Source of the DNA: an uncultured Collinsella sp.
GTDB lineage: Bacteria > Actinomycetota > Coriobacteriia > Coriobacteriales > Coriobacteriaceae
Direction of reading: 5' to 3'
Length of the DNA stretch: 64,000 nucleotides
Assembly (NCBI GenBank): GCA_900543025.1
Contig: UQPP01000003.1
Span: 35,601-99,600 of the forward strand
Below the pieces are notes generated by a model. The model searched no databases, was not told where the DNA came from, and worked only from the letters and a program-made list of their open reading frames with translations. The position numbers and the translations under genes were made by a program. This document shows positions 21,843-30,866 of this stretch, piece by piece. Every line of letters starts with the position of its first letter. Within the stretch, counting starts at the first letter, position 1.

Positions 21843-23733
21843 GACCGCAGCCCAAGCACGCCCGGCCGACCTCAAGCACACCGTGCGCCGCTTGCTCTCC
21901 TACATGGGACATGCCAAGTTCTCGTTGCTCGCGGTGGGCGCGCTCGCCTCCGTCGCCGCCATCGCGAGCCTCGTCGGCACCTACATGGTGCGTCCCATCG
22001 TTAACGGTTTGGCCACGGGCGGGGAGGAACTGCTTACCAAGCAGGTCATCCTGACGGCGATCATCTACGCCGCGGGCGTGCTCTCGGCCCTGGGTTACTC
22101 GCAGGTTATGGTGCGCGCGGCCCAACGCGTGGTGTCCGATATTCGCCGCGACCTGTTCGCGCACATCCAGACGCTGCCGCTCAGTTTTTTTGACAGCACA
22201 CGCTCGGGCGACATCATGAGCTTTTTCACCAACGACGTCGACACCGTCTCCGAGGCGCTCAACAACAGCTTTGCCAACGTGATTCAGGCCGCCATTCAGG
22301 TTGTGGGCACCACGGCAATGCTCATCATCCTTAACTGGCGGCTCACGATTATCACGCTCGTGTGCGATGTGGCCATTGTGCTGTATGCGCGCTACTCGGG
22401 CGCGCGTTCTAAGCGCTTCTTTGCCGCCCAGCAGGCATCGCTTGGCGACCTGGACGGATATATCGAAGAGATGGTCTCGGGCCAAAAGGTCATCAAGGTC
22501 TTTAACCGCGAGGCAGCGAATGTCGCCGGCTTTGCTTGTCGCAACGACGAGCTTCGTCGTACCGGCACCGCCGCCGTGAGCTATGCCAACTCCATGGTGC
22601 CCATGACCGTCGTAATTGGCTACGTCAACTATGCCATCGTCGCCGTGGCGGGCGGCATGCTCTGCATCAAGGGGCTCGCCGACGTAGGTGCGCTTGCAAG
22701 CTACCTGGTCTTTGTGCGCCAGGCCGCCATGCCCATCAATCAGTTTACGCAGCTGGGCAACTTCTTGCTCAATGCGTTGGCCGGCGCCGAGCGCTTGTTT
22801 GCCGCCATGGATCTTGAACCCGAGGCGGACGAGGGCCGCGTGGAGCTGGTGCAGACGGGTGACGCCGCGTGGGCGTGGAAGATTCCCGAGGGCCAGGGCG
22901 TGGGCGCGTACGGACACTTGCATGATGTGGCGGCCGTTGATGAGTCGGGCTATGCGGTGGCTTCCGATGGTACCGAGCTCACGTGCGGCTTGGTCCCGCT
23001 TGCCGGCGACGTGCGCTTCCATGCCGTGGACTTTTCCTACGTGCCGGGCACCCGTGTGCTCACGGACCTCAACCTGTTTGCCAAGCCGGGGCAAAAGATC
23101 GCGTTTGTGGGCTCGACGGGTGCTGGAAAGACGACCATCACCAACCTCATCAACCGCTTCTACGAGGTCGATGACGGCGAGATCACGTACGACGGCATCG
23201 ACGTCAAGCACATTGCCAAGGCCAGCTTGCGCGGATCGCTCGGCATTGTGCTGCAGGACACGCACCTGTTTAGCGGCACCATTGCGCAGAACATCCGCTT
23301 TGGCAAGCTCGACGCGACCGACGAGGAGGTGCGCGCCGCTGCCGAGGCAGCCTGCGCCGACTCGTTTATCCGCCGCTTGCCGCAGGGCTATGACACGCTC
23401 GTGACCGCGGACGGTGCCAACCTGTCGCAGGGCCAGCGCCAGCTGCTCGCCATCGCGCGCGTGGCCGTCGCCGACCCGCCGGTGCTCATCCTGGACGAGG
23501 CCACTTCGAGCATCGACACGCGTACCGAAAAGCTCATCGAGCGCGGTATGGACCGCATCATGCGCGGCCGCACCACCTTTGTGATCGCGCACCGCCTGTC
23601 CACCGTCCGCGACGCCGACGCCATCATGGTCCTCGAACACGGCCGCATCATCGAGCGCGGCACGCACGAAGAGCTGCTCGCCCAGCACGGCGAGTACTGG
23701 CAGCTGACGCATGGCTTAAAAGAGTTGGATTAA
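21835..23733 (+). CDS. Heterodimeric ABC exporter subunit B
   Basis: GSTGAGKT, LSQGQRQ, LDEATSSID, IAHRLST; start MPKTAAQ after GGGGGTG RBS. Confidence 0.93.
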   Translation: MPKTAAQARPADLKHTVRRLLSYMGHAKFSLLAVGALASVAAIASLVGTYMVRPIVNGLATGGEELLTKQVILTAIIYAAGVLSALGYSQVMVRAAQRVVSDIRRDLFAHIQTLPLSFFDSTRSGDIMSFFTNDVDTVSEALNNSFANVIQAAIQVVGTTAMLIILNWRLTIITLVCDVAIVLYARYSGARSKRFFAAQQASLGDLDGYIEEMVSGQKVIKVFNREAANVAGFACRNDELRRTGTAAVSYANSMVPMTVVIGYVNYAIVAVAGGMLCIKGLADVGALASYLVFVRQAAMPINQFTQLGNFLLNALAGAERLFAAMDLEPEADEGRVELVQTGDAAWAWKIPEGQGVGAYGHLHDVAAVDESGYAVASDGTELTCGLVPLAGDVRFHAVDFSYVPGTRVLTDLNLFAKPGQKIAFVGSTGAGKTTITNLINRFYEVDDGEITYDGIDVKHIAKASLRGSLGIVLQDTHLFSGTIAQNIRFGKLDATDEEVRAAAEAACADSFIRRLPQGYDTLVTADGANLSQGQRQLLAIARVAVADPPVLILDEATSSIDTRTEKLIERGMDRIMRGRTTFVIAHRLSTVRDADAIMVLEHGRIIERGTHEELLAQHGEYWQLTHGLKELD

Positions 23734-23780
23734 CCCGTTCGAGCACGATGCTTTGGTCCTCCGTGCCCGTACCTCGCCTC

Positions 23781-23844
23781 AAACCATCACAACATTCGAC
23801 GTTTTTGCCAAAATCGGGAAAAGCACCAAATGTTGTGATGGTTT
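23781..23844 (+). repeat. ACCATCACAACATT palindrome, copy 1
   Basis: AAACCATCACAACATT...AATGTTGTGATGGTTT. Confidence 0.85.
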
Positions 23845-23944
23845 TTCTGCCACTCGAACGGGTGGAATCGCTTTCTTGCGCACGAAGGCGTGCGGACCCG
23901 TGGGCAGGGGAATAAGGTGGTTATCCGACTCCATTGGAGGGCTC

Positions 23945-24982
23945 ATGGACCTGCCGATCGTCCTGTCCCATAAGACTGCCTGGCTGTACCACAACGTGGC
24001 GCGCCCGTCCGAGCCGCTCTCGCGAGCAAGCAGTCTATACGATGAGGACTCGCTTGCTAACGAGACGGAGCCGACCGCGGGCCTGCCCAAATTGGGGCTC
24101 GATGCCAAGGGGCTGAGGGCTTCAACGGCAGTTGGGATCGTTGCCGACTATCTGGTTTCTCTTGGTATTCCACGAGAAGAGCTCGATCATATCGATACGC
24201 TCGTCAACTTCGATTTTGAGCGCTCGACGCCGGCTGGATTTAGGTGCCACGTGTTTGGAGCGCCGGTACCTCCAGGCCATCTTATCGAGATGGCAGAGGG
24301 CCTTCTGGTGGTTGATGAGGTCATGTGCTTTGTCCAAGCGGGTTCGTGGATGAGCGAGCCCGAGCAGCTGGAATATGGCTACGAAATCTGCGCCCGATAC
24401 CATTTGAATCATCTGTCGACAGGCGATTATATCGAGATGGGGCAGAGGTATACCGTCGCCGACTTGATTGCTTATTGCAATGAGAACCGATCTCGTCAGG
24501 GGGCCATACGCGCGGCCGCCGTGCTCAAGCGCGTGCGCGATGGCGCGCGGTCGCCCATGGAGACGGCCACCGCAATCATGGTCGTAGCAAAGCGTTCCCA
24601 GGGAGGGCTGGGATACGCCAAGATCGAGCTCAACCATCGGGTCGATGTTCCCAATGAGTTCAAGTATCTCGCAAAGGTCGGATATTTCGAGATTGACGTA
24701 TATGCGCCTGCGAGCGGTACGGGGATCGAATACAACGGCTCGGACCATCTTGATAAACAGCGCAGCGCGTCGGACGCGGAGCGTATGACCGTACTGAGCG
24801 CGCTGGGCTTTAGGATGATCGTCCTCACCGGGACTCATTTTGCCCACCAGCTGCAATTGCACCGGGCGATGAACGCCATCGCGCTCGCTATGGGTCTCAA
24901 GTGCGACCGAAGCGAAGCGTTCCAAAAGCGGCAGAACGACCTGCGAGAATTCGTGATTCGGCACTGGGACGGCGGCCTTTAG
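23945..24982 (+). CDS. AbiEi-like / DUF559 (Vsr-like) putative endonuclease-domain protein
   Basis: SHKTA, RSPMET, GGLG, FEIDVY...IEYNGSDH...D.ER...L...G motifs; GGAGG RBS. Confidence 0.7.
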   Translation: MDLPIVLSHKTAWLYHNVARPSEPLSRASSLYDEDSLANETEPTAGLPKLGLDAKGLRASTAVGIVADYLVSLGIPREELDHIDTLVNFDFERSTPAGFRCHVFGAPVPPGHLIEMAEGLLVVDEVMCFVQAGSWMSEPEQLEYGYEICARYHLNHLSTGDYIEMGQRYTVADLIAYCNENRSRQGAIRAAAVLKRVRDGARSPMETATAIMVVAKRSQGGLGYAKIELNHRVDVPNEFKYLAKVGYFEIDVYAPASGTGIEYNGSDHLDKQRSASDAERMTVLSALGFRMIVLTGTHFAHQLQLHRAMNAIALAMGLKCDRSEAFQKRQNDLREFVIRHWDGGL

Positions 24983-25022
24983 GGACGCTTTGGTCCTTCT
25001 ACGGGGTGCCGTGGGTAGGCAG

Positions 25023-25085
25023 ACCATCACAACATTCGACGTTTTTCACCAAAATCGGGAAAAGCATCGAATGTTGTGATGGTTT
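25023..25085 (+). repeat. ACCATCACAACATT palindrome, copy 2
   Basis: Near-identical direct repeat of 23781-23844. Confidence 0.85.
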
Positions 25086-25215
25086 GTGCTGAGGATGGGC
25101 TTGGAAAGTCCGTTTTGCTCGAAGCGACCTGTCCTGTCGTACGGGTGTCGGCATGATTCTCTCGTGGGGTATTATGTTTTCCGAAGAATAAAACGCCGCG
25201 TGAGGGGAGGGCTGC

Positions 25216-26271
25216 GTGGACGGGCACGTGCAACATGACGGCTTTGGCCGCGATATCAACTACCTGCGCATTGCCGTTACCGACAAGTGCAATTTCCGCT
25301 GCATCTATTGCATGCCGGCCGATGGCGTGGCGCCCCGCGCGCATGACGAGCTGCTCAGCGCCGAGGAAATCGCCCGCTTTGTGCGCTTGGTAGCGGGGGA
25401 GGGCATTCGCCGCGTACGCCTGACGGGCGGCGAGCCGCTGGTCAGCCGCCGTATCATCCCGCTTATTCGCGACATCCGCGCGATTCCGCAGATCGAGGAC
25501 ATCTCGCTCACCACCAATGGCGCCCTGCTGCCCAAGCTGGCGCCGCAGCTCAAAGACGCCGGGCTTAACCGCGTCAACATTTCGCTCGACACACTCGACC
25601 CTACGCTGTTTGGAAAGATCACGCGCCTAGGTCGACTCGAGCAGACCATGGCCGGCGTCGACGCGGCGCTGGCTTGGGGCTTTGAGCCCGTTAAGGTCAA
25701 CTGCGTTGTGGTGCGCCGGCTCAACCAGGATGTGGCGGCCCTCGCACGGCTGACCGTCGACCGCCCTATCCACCTGCGCTTTATCGAATACATGCCCATC
25801 GGCGACGAGCGCACCAGCTCGCATTGCGCTGTGGACCCGCATGCGCCCGCGCTCAATCCCGAGCTGTGGGACGCGAGCGATACCGTGCCGAGCGACGAGC
25901 TGCGGGCGCGCATCAATGCCGGGGCCACCGCGGCGGGACTGGGCGAGCTCGAGCCGCTCGACATCAACGACGCTCCTGCTGGTGCGGGCCCTGCGCGCTA
26001 TTGGCACTTTCCGGGTGCGGCGGGAACGGTTGGCTTCATTAGCGCCATGTCCAATCATTTTTGCGCGAACTGCAACCGTCTGCGCCTGACGGCCGATGGC
26101 AACGTGCGTCCATGCCTGTTCAGCGATGCCGAGTATTCGGTGCGTGAGGCGCTGCGCCGTGGTGATGATATGCAGGTACTTTCGATTTGGCGCGATGCCG
26201 TGGCCCACAAACCGCAGGAACACGCGATAATTGAGGGCACGCAACGATTTATGTCCCAAATCGGAGGATGA
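25216..26271 (+). CDS. moaA: GTP 3',8-cyclase (radical SAM)
   Basis: YLRIAVTDKCNFRCIYC, TGGEP, C-terminal CANCNRLR...PCL, MSQIGG. Confidence 0.96.
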   Translation: MDGHVQHDGFGRDINYLRIAVTDKCNFRCIYCMPADGVAPRAHDELLSAEEIARFVRLVAGEGIRRVRLTGGEPLVSRRIIPLIRDIRAIPQIEDISLTTNGALLPKLAPQLKDAGLNRVNISLDTLDPTLFGKITRLGRLEQTMAGVDAALAWGFEPVKVNCVVVRRLNQDVAALARLTVDRPIHLRFIEYMPIGDERTSSHCAVDPHAPALNPELWDASDTVPSDELRARINAGATAAGLGELEPLDINDAPAGAGPARYWHFPGAAGTVGFISAMSNHFCANCNRLRLTADGNVRPCLFSDAEYSVREALRRGDDMQVLSIWRDAVAHKPQEHAIIEGTQRFMSQIGG

Positions 26272-26275
26272 TCAT

Positions 26276-27580
26276 ATGGCCAAGAGCAGGTACGCCGATG
26301 CCACCAAGGCCGCTCGCAGGGCCGCGATGTCTGCCCACAAAGTCACGGCTGCGGCGAATGCTGGCAACGCCGACGCGTCCGCGCAGCCGTCTGTCAGCAC
26401 TGCCACCGAGTCCGCCCGCGACGCTCGTCGCGACGAGCTGACGCACGTGGACGCCAAGGGCGAGGTGCGCATGGTCGACGTGTCCGACAAGGCCGAGACC
26501 CATCGCATTGCCATCGCCGAGGGCACCATCCTCATGCACCCCGAGACGCAGGCCATGGTGCTGCAGGACCGCGCAAAAAAGGGCGATGTGCTTGCCTGCG
26601 CGCGTGTGGCGGGCATCATGGCCATCAAGCGCACGAGCGACATCATCCCCATGTGCCATCCGTTGCTCATTACCAAGAGCAAGTGCGACATTACGCCCAT
26701 CGCTCCGGCGGGGATGCTTGTCGATGACATGCCCGAGGGCTGGGCGCCGGCGCGCGCGGACGGGCAGGTTGGCTTTCACGTGCTGGTCACGGCGGGCGTG
26801 ACGGGCAAGACCGGCATTGAGATGGAGGCGTTGACCGGCGCGAGTGCCGCGTGCCTGACCATCTATGACATGTGCAAGGCCGTCGATCGTGGCATGGAGA
26901 TCGTCGACGTGCGCCTGCTGCACAAGGAGGGCGGCCGCTCGGGCGTGTGGGATCGTGCAGAGCGTCAGGCCGCTGCCGTTGAGGCCGTGGCCGCTGACGG
27001 TGCCGCGCCCGCAAGCGCACCCGTCGCCGTCGCGCCCACAGTTCCAGCTCCGGCCGTCCCCGCGATCGCGTTTATCGGCTACCAAAACTCGGGCAAGACC
27101 ACGCTCGTCGAGAAGGTTATCGCCGAGCTCACCCGCCGCGGCCTGCGCGTGGGTTCGCTCAAGCATCATGGGCACCACGGCTTTGATATCGACGTGCCCG
27201 CTAAGGACACCTGGCGCCATCACCAGGCCGGATCCAAGCACGTGGGCCTCATCTGCGCTACGCGCTGGGCGGAGTACGCCGACACGCGCGAGGAGGACGA
27301 GATGCCCGCGCGCGAGCTGCTGTCGCGCTACAACGATGTCGACGTGGTGATCATCGAGGGCTACAAGACCGAGGGCTTCGACAACATCGTGGTCGCGCGG
27401 TCGGGTGTGGATCGCCTGCGCGGCAAGAGCTCGCTCGACCTGGTCGACGGTCGCACGCTGGCCCTTGCCTGCAACGAGGCCCTGGCACGCCAGGCATTCG
27501 ACGCCGGTTTTGCGACCCGAGCCATCAACATCAACGACGCCCGAGCCATCTGCGACCTCATCCAAGATCATCTGGCCTAA
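26276..27580 (+). CDS. moaC: MoaC-MobB fusion protein
   Basis: LTHVD...MVDVSDK, IPMCHP, TGIEMEAL, IYDMCKA; then GYQNSGKTT, KHHGH, DT.RH..AG, IIEGYK. Confidence 0.9.
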   Translation: MAKSRYADATKAARRAAMSAHKVTAAANAGNADASAQPSVSTATESARDARRDELTHVDAKGEVRMVDVSDKAETHRIAIAEGTILMHPETQAMVLQDRAKKGDVLACARVAGIMAIKRTSDIIPMCHPLLITKSKCDITPIAPAGMLVDDMPEGWAPARADGQVGFHVLVTAGVTGKTGIEMEALTGASAACLTIYDMCKAVDRGMEIVDVRLLHKEGGRSGVWDRAERQAAAVEAVAADGAAPASAPVAVAPTVPAPAVPAIAFIGYQNSGKTTLVEKVIAELTRRGLRVGSLKHHGHHGFDIDVPAKDTWRHHQAGSKHVGLICATRWAEYADTREEDEMPARELLSRYNDVDVVIIEGYKTEGFDNIVVARSGVDRLRGKSSLDLVDGRTLALACNEALARQAFDAGFATRAININDARAICDLIQDHLA

Positions 27581-27716
27581 AACCTGCCAAATAGGGACAG
27601 GTTTCTTTTGGCAGGTTTTATATGGGCAAACGTCATTTCCACCACAAAGGGGCCAGGCACCTTTGTGGTGGTTTTTGCTTTGGTAGATGTGTGGGACATG
27701 CCTTACAATCTACCAA
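27578..27716. repeat. Cluster of three REP-like hairpins
   Basis: 27578-27620, 27639-27671 and 27680-27716, each with a GGGAC/GGGCC-containing 13-nt loop. Confidence 0.75.
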
Positions 27717-27845
27717 GTAGTTCATGACGGGCGAAAAACGGAGAGAAGGGGCTTGATGCGTCCTTAATGTTTCATGCGGATAGATTGATTTGACAGACGG
27801 TGGCGAATGCCCGCCGTCCGCATTCGTATGAAACAAGGAGTCTCC

Positions 27846-29126
27846 ATGCTCACCCATCTTTTCTCAAAGCCTCAATCATCGCTGTCCATGCAGGCCAAGC
27901 GCCTGGTGGCGATGCGCTTTCTCATCTACACCGGTTTTCAGACCAGCTACTTTATCGGCGTCATCGGAACGCTCACCTATGCAGACGATGCCTCGGTCGT
28001 GGCGACATCGCTGGCTGCCCTCTTTATGAACGTATTCGTGATCTTGGGATCCTTTGCGGGTGGCGCGGCGCTCGACGCCTGGGGCCCGCGCCGTCATTTC
28101 TTGCTGAGCATCGTCGGCACGCTGGCGACGGGTGCGGCAATCATCGCCTTTGGCAGAGCGACCGGAACAGTCCTTGCCGGCGCGGCGCTCCTAGGTTTTG
28201 TGATGGGATTCGCCCAACCCATCGCCACGTCCTATCCGGCATATCTCACCGACGATCCCGCCGAGCTCAAAGACATCAACTCCGCCATCGCCATGTTTTC
28301 AAACGTGAGCATCATCGTTGGCCCCACGCTGGGCGGCTTTGTCGCGGCGGCTGCGTCGTCGCGCGCGGTGTTCGTGCTCATGATGCTCTTTACAGTGCTG
28401 GCGCTCGTCGCCGGTTGGGGCTTTAGGCCGAAGACCAGCCATGTCGCCGGGGATGCGGATGCCGATTCGGCAAAGGAAGGGGAGCGTGCGGGACAAAGCC
28501 CCGACCCCAACACATCTTCCCGCGTTACCTTCGCGATTAGCATCAAGACAGTCTTCACCAACAGCGTCCTCGCCCTGCTGTTCTGCATTATTTTCCTTTC
28601 AAACTTTGGCTACGGCGCCTTTGACCCGCTGGAGTCGTTCTTCTACCGCGATGTTCTGCATGTCGGTGTTGAGTGGATGGGCTGGCTCTCGTCGGCCTCG
28701 GGCGTGGGCGCGGTGCTGGGCGCCGTCGTTGCGCTCCGTTTGCCGCCGCACCTGGTCAACCTTAAAACGCTGCTCGTGGCACTTATGTCCGTGGGCCTGG
28801 GAAGTTTGCTCTATGTGGGGACGCCGTACGTGGGCGTGGCTCTTGTCGGCCAGGTTGCCCTGGGCGTGGCTTGGGGCATCGTCAACCCGCTCCACAACAC
28901 CATTGTGCAAACGACGGCTCCGCTCGAGCAGATCGGCCGCGTCAACTCGGTCATGGGTTTTGGCAATATGTTCGCCGGAGTGGCCCCGCTGGCGATTGCC
29001 CCCTGGCTGGCGGCGACGTTTGGCGTGCAGCAGACGCTCGTGGGGGCGGGCATAGTCGTGACGGCAGTTCCCGCGGCGTTGCTGCTGTTTGGCCGCCGGC
29101 ATATTGATCGCTCTGCAAAGCAGTAA
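27846..29126 (+). CDS. MFS transporter
   Basis: About 12 hydrophobic helices; GAALDAWGPR motif A-like; AAGGAG RBS. Confidence 0.88.
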   Translation: MLTHLFSKPQSSLSMQAKRLVAMRFLIYTGFQTSYFIGVIGTLTYADDASVVATSLAALFMNVFVILGSFAGGAALDAWGPRRHFLLSIVGTLATGAAIIAFGRATGTVLAGAALLGFVMGFAQPIATSYPAYLTDDPAELKDINSAIAMFSNVSIIVGPTLGGFVAAAASSRAVFVLMMLFTVLALVAGWGFRPKTSHVAGDADADSAKEGERAGQSPDPNTSSRVTFAISIKTVFTNSVLALLFCIIFLSNFGYGAFDPLESFFYRDVLHVGVEWMGWLSSASGVGAVLGAVVALRLPPHLVNLKTLLVALMSVGLGSLLYVGTPYVGVALVGQVALGVAWGIVNPLHNTIVQTTAPLEQIGRVNSVMGFGNMFAGVAPLAIAPWLAATFGVQQTLVGAGIVVTAVPAALLLFGRRHIDRSAKQ

Positions 29127-29191
29127 AAACCATCACAACATTCGATGAAAATTGCGATTTTGCCGAATAACGTCGAATGTTGTGATGGTTT
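29127..29191 (-). repeat. ACCATCACAACATT palindrome, solo copy 3 (inverted)
   Basis: Reverse complement matches the loop of copies 1 and 2 (TTCGACGTT..CAAAATCG..CATCGAATG). Confidence 0.85.
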
Positions 29192-29223
29192 GTGCCCCGG
29201 GCCAGGCTGCCCTGCGGGTCCGG

Positions 29224-29256
29224 CCACCACAAAGGTGCCTGGCACCTTTGTGGTGG
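29224..29256. repeat. REP-like hairpin, CACCACAAA family
   Basis: CCACCACAAA-GGTGCCTGGCACC-TTTGTGGTGG. Confidence 0.8.
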
Positions 29257-29350
29257 TTTTTGCTTTGAGGGGCCGCGCCTGTGCCTTGGTATACCATGGA
29301 CACCATTTCCGACCACATTCAGCACCGCCGCACAACCCAGAAAGGCCCCC

Positions 29351-30172
29351 ATGGACACCACCTTCAGCCACATTAAAGCCGTGTTCTGCGATATCGACGG
29401 CACACTGCTCACAAGCCAGCACACGGTGTCCCCGCGTACCGTGGCGGCGATCCGCGCACTGCGCGAGCGCGGCGTGCTCTTTGGCCTGTGCACCGGGCGC
29501 GACGCCCACGCGACCGAGGCCATGTACGAGCTCTGGGGTATCGAAGGCCTGGTGGACGTGCTCGTGGGCTGCGGTGGCGCCGAGGTCATCGACCGTGCAC
29601 ACGGCATCAACGAGCTGAGCTACCCGCTACCGGGCGAGACCATCGCGCACATCTGCGAGCACATGGCAGGCCTGCCGGCAACGCCTGTTTGCCCTCGGGA
29701 CGGCGTGCTCTATGTGCCCGAGAGCAATGCGTGCGTCGAGCACCTGTCGCGTGTCGACGGCGTTCCCTACCAGGTGGTCGACTTTGCCGAGTTTTTGCGC
29801 GAGCCGCAGCCCAAGGTGATGTTTACCATGGCGCCCGAGGCGATGCCGCAGGTCATCGAGCGGGCGTCGACGTTCGCCGGCGGCGCCGTTAAGGCGGCTG
29901 CTCTACAGACCACGCAGCGACTCTACGAATTCATGGATCCGCGCGTGTCCAAGACGCGCGGCCTTGTGCGCGTGGCAGAGCTCAACGACATGGAGCTTCA
30001 GAACATCTGCGTGTTTGGCGATGCGGACAATGACACCTGCATGGTGGCCGACGCCGGCGTGGGTGTGGCCATGGCAAACGGCAGCGATGCCACCCGTGCC
30101 GCCGCCGACTTTGTAACCGCGAGCAACGACAAAGACGGCATCGCGATCTTTATCGAGGAACATCTGCTGTAG
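29351..30172 (+). CDS. Cof-type HAD-IIB hydrolase
   Basis: FCDIDGTLL, CTGR, SK..G, FGDADND..M...GVAMAN. Confidence 0.93.
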   Translation: MDTTFSHIKAVFCDIDGTLLTSQHTVSPRTVAAIRALRERGVLFGLCTGRDAHATEAMYELWGIEGLVDVLVGCGGAEVIDRAHGINELSYPLPGETIAHICEHMAGLPATPVCPRDGVLYVPESNACVEHLSRVDGVPYQVVDFAEFLREPQPKVMFTMAPEAMPQVIERASTFAGGAVKAAALQTTQRLYEFMDPRVSKTRGLVRVAELNDMELQNICVFGDADNDTCMVADAGVGVAMANGSDATRAAADFVTASNDKDGIAIFIEEHLL

Positions 30173-30186
30173 CGTTGGAGCAGAAT

Positions 30187-30217
30187 CACCACAAAGGGGA
30201 CAGGTGCCTTTGTGGTG
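30187..30217 (+). repeat. REP-like hairpin, CACCACAAA family
   Basis: CACCACAAA-GGGGACAGGTGCC-TTTGTGGTG. Confidence 0.8.
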
Positions 30218-30677
30218 GCCTCAGGCGACTTAGGCGAATTGATACCGAAAATCTGCGCGCAAATTCAAATATAGGTGTCTGAACATCACGCTTCTAACCA
30301 CCGATGAGTTAAAGATATTCTTATCAGTTTGGAAGGATATTCCTTCCGGTTAATGACCTACTGCTCACGGTCGATTTTCGACCGTGAGCGGGATGTTTGC
30401 TCTTGAGCAAAAATTTGTGCAAATAAATCTAATGCCATTAAAAAATGATGGGCAACTAAATTACCAGTAGAAACAAAAAATAGATAGCGAATAAACGAAG
30501 GTAAATCCGGGCATATGTCAAGAGAATTGACAATTCACTACAAAACTATCGGTTTTTTTGCCCCGATGTTCAAACAATCGTTACAATATTCACTACTAAG
30601 TGTGCGCAATTACGGGTTGCGCAGATACGCTTGATAGTGAAAGAGCAAGATCGCGGTCTCTTGGGGAGGAGACATCG

Positions 30678-30866
30678 ATGAAAGCAAATTCAGACAAATA
30701 TAAGCAGAGTAATAAAGCGACGCGCCGTGTACTGGCAGGCGTTTTGTGCGGAGCCTCCGTTTTGAGCCTGGTACTGTCGCTCGTCATGCCTCCGATCTCG
30801 CAGGCCATTGCCAGCGACACCCAGACAGTTTTTACCGAGGAAACTGTAATGGGGTGCTCAAAGTGA
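30678..30866 (+). pseudogene. Signal-peptide-only stub of a secreted protein (probably an older pilin)
   Basis: GGGGAGG RBS; basic N-region, hydrophobic core and AIA site; stop overlaps the next GTG. Confidence 0.6.

Noticed and set aside
30678..30866. Frameshift or phase-variable 5' part of the tip adhesin
   Set aside because: No slippery tract at the junction, and the adhesin has its own complete signal peptide
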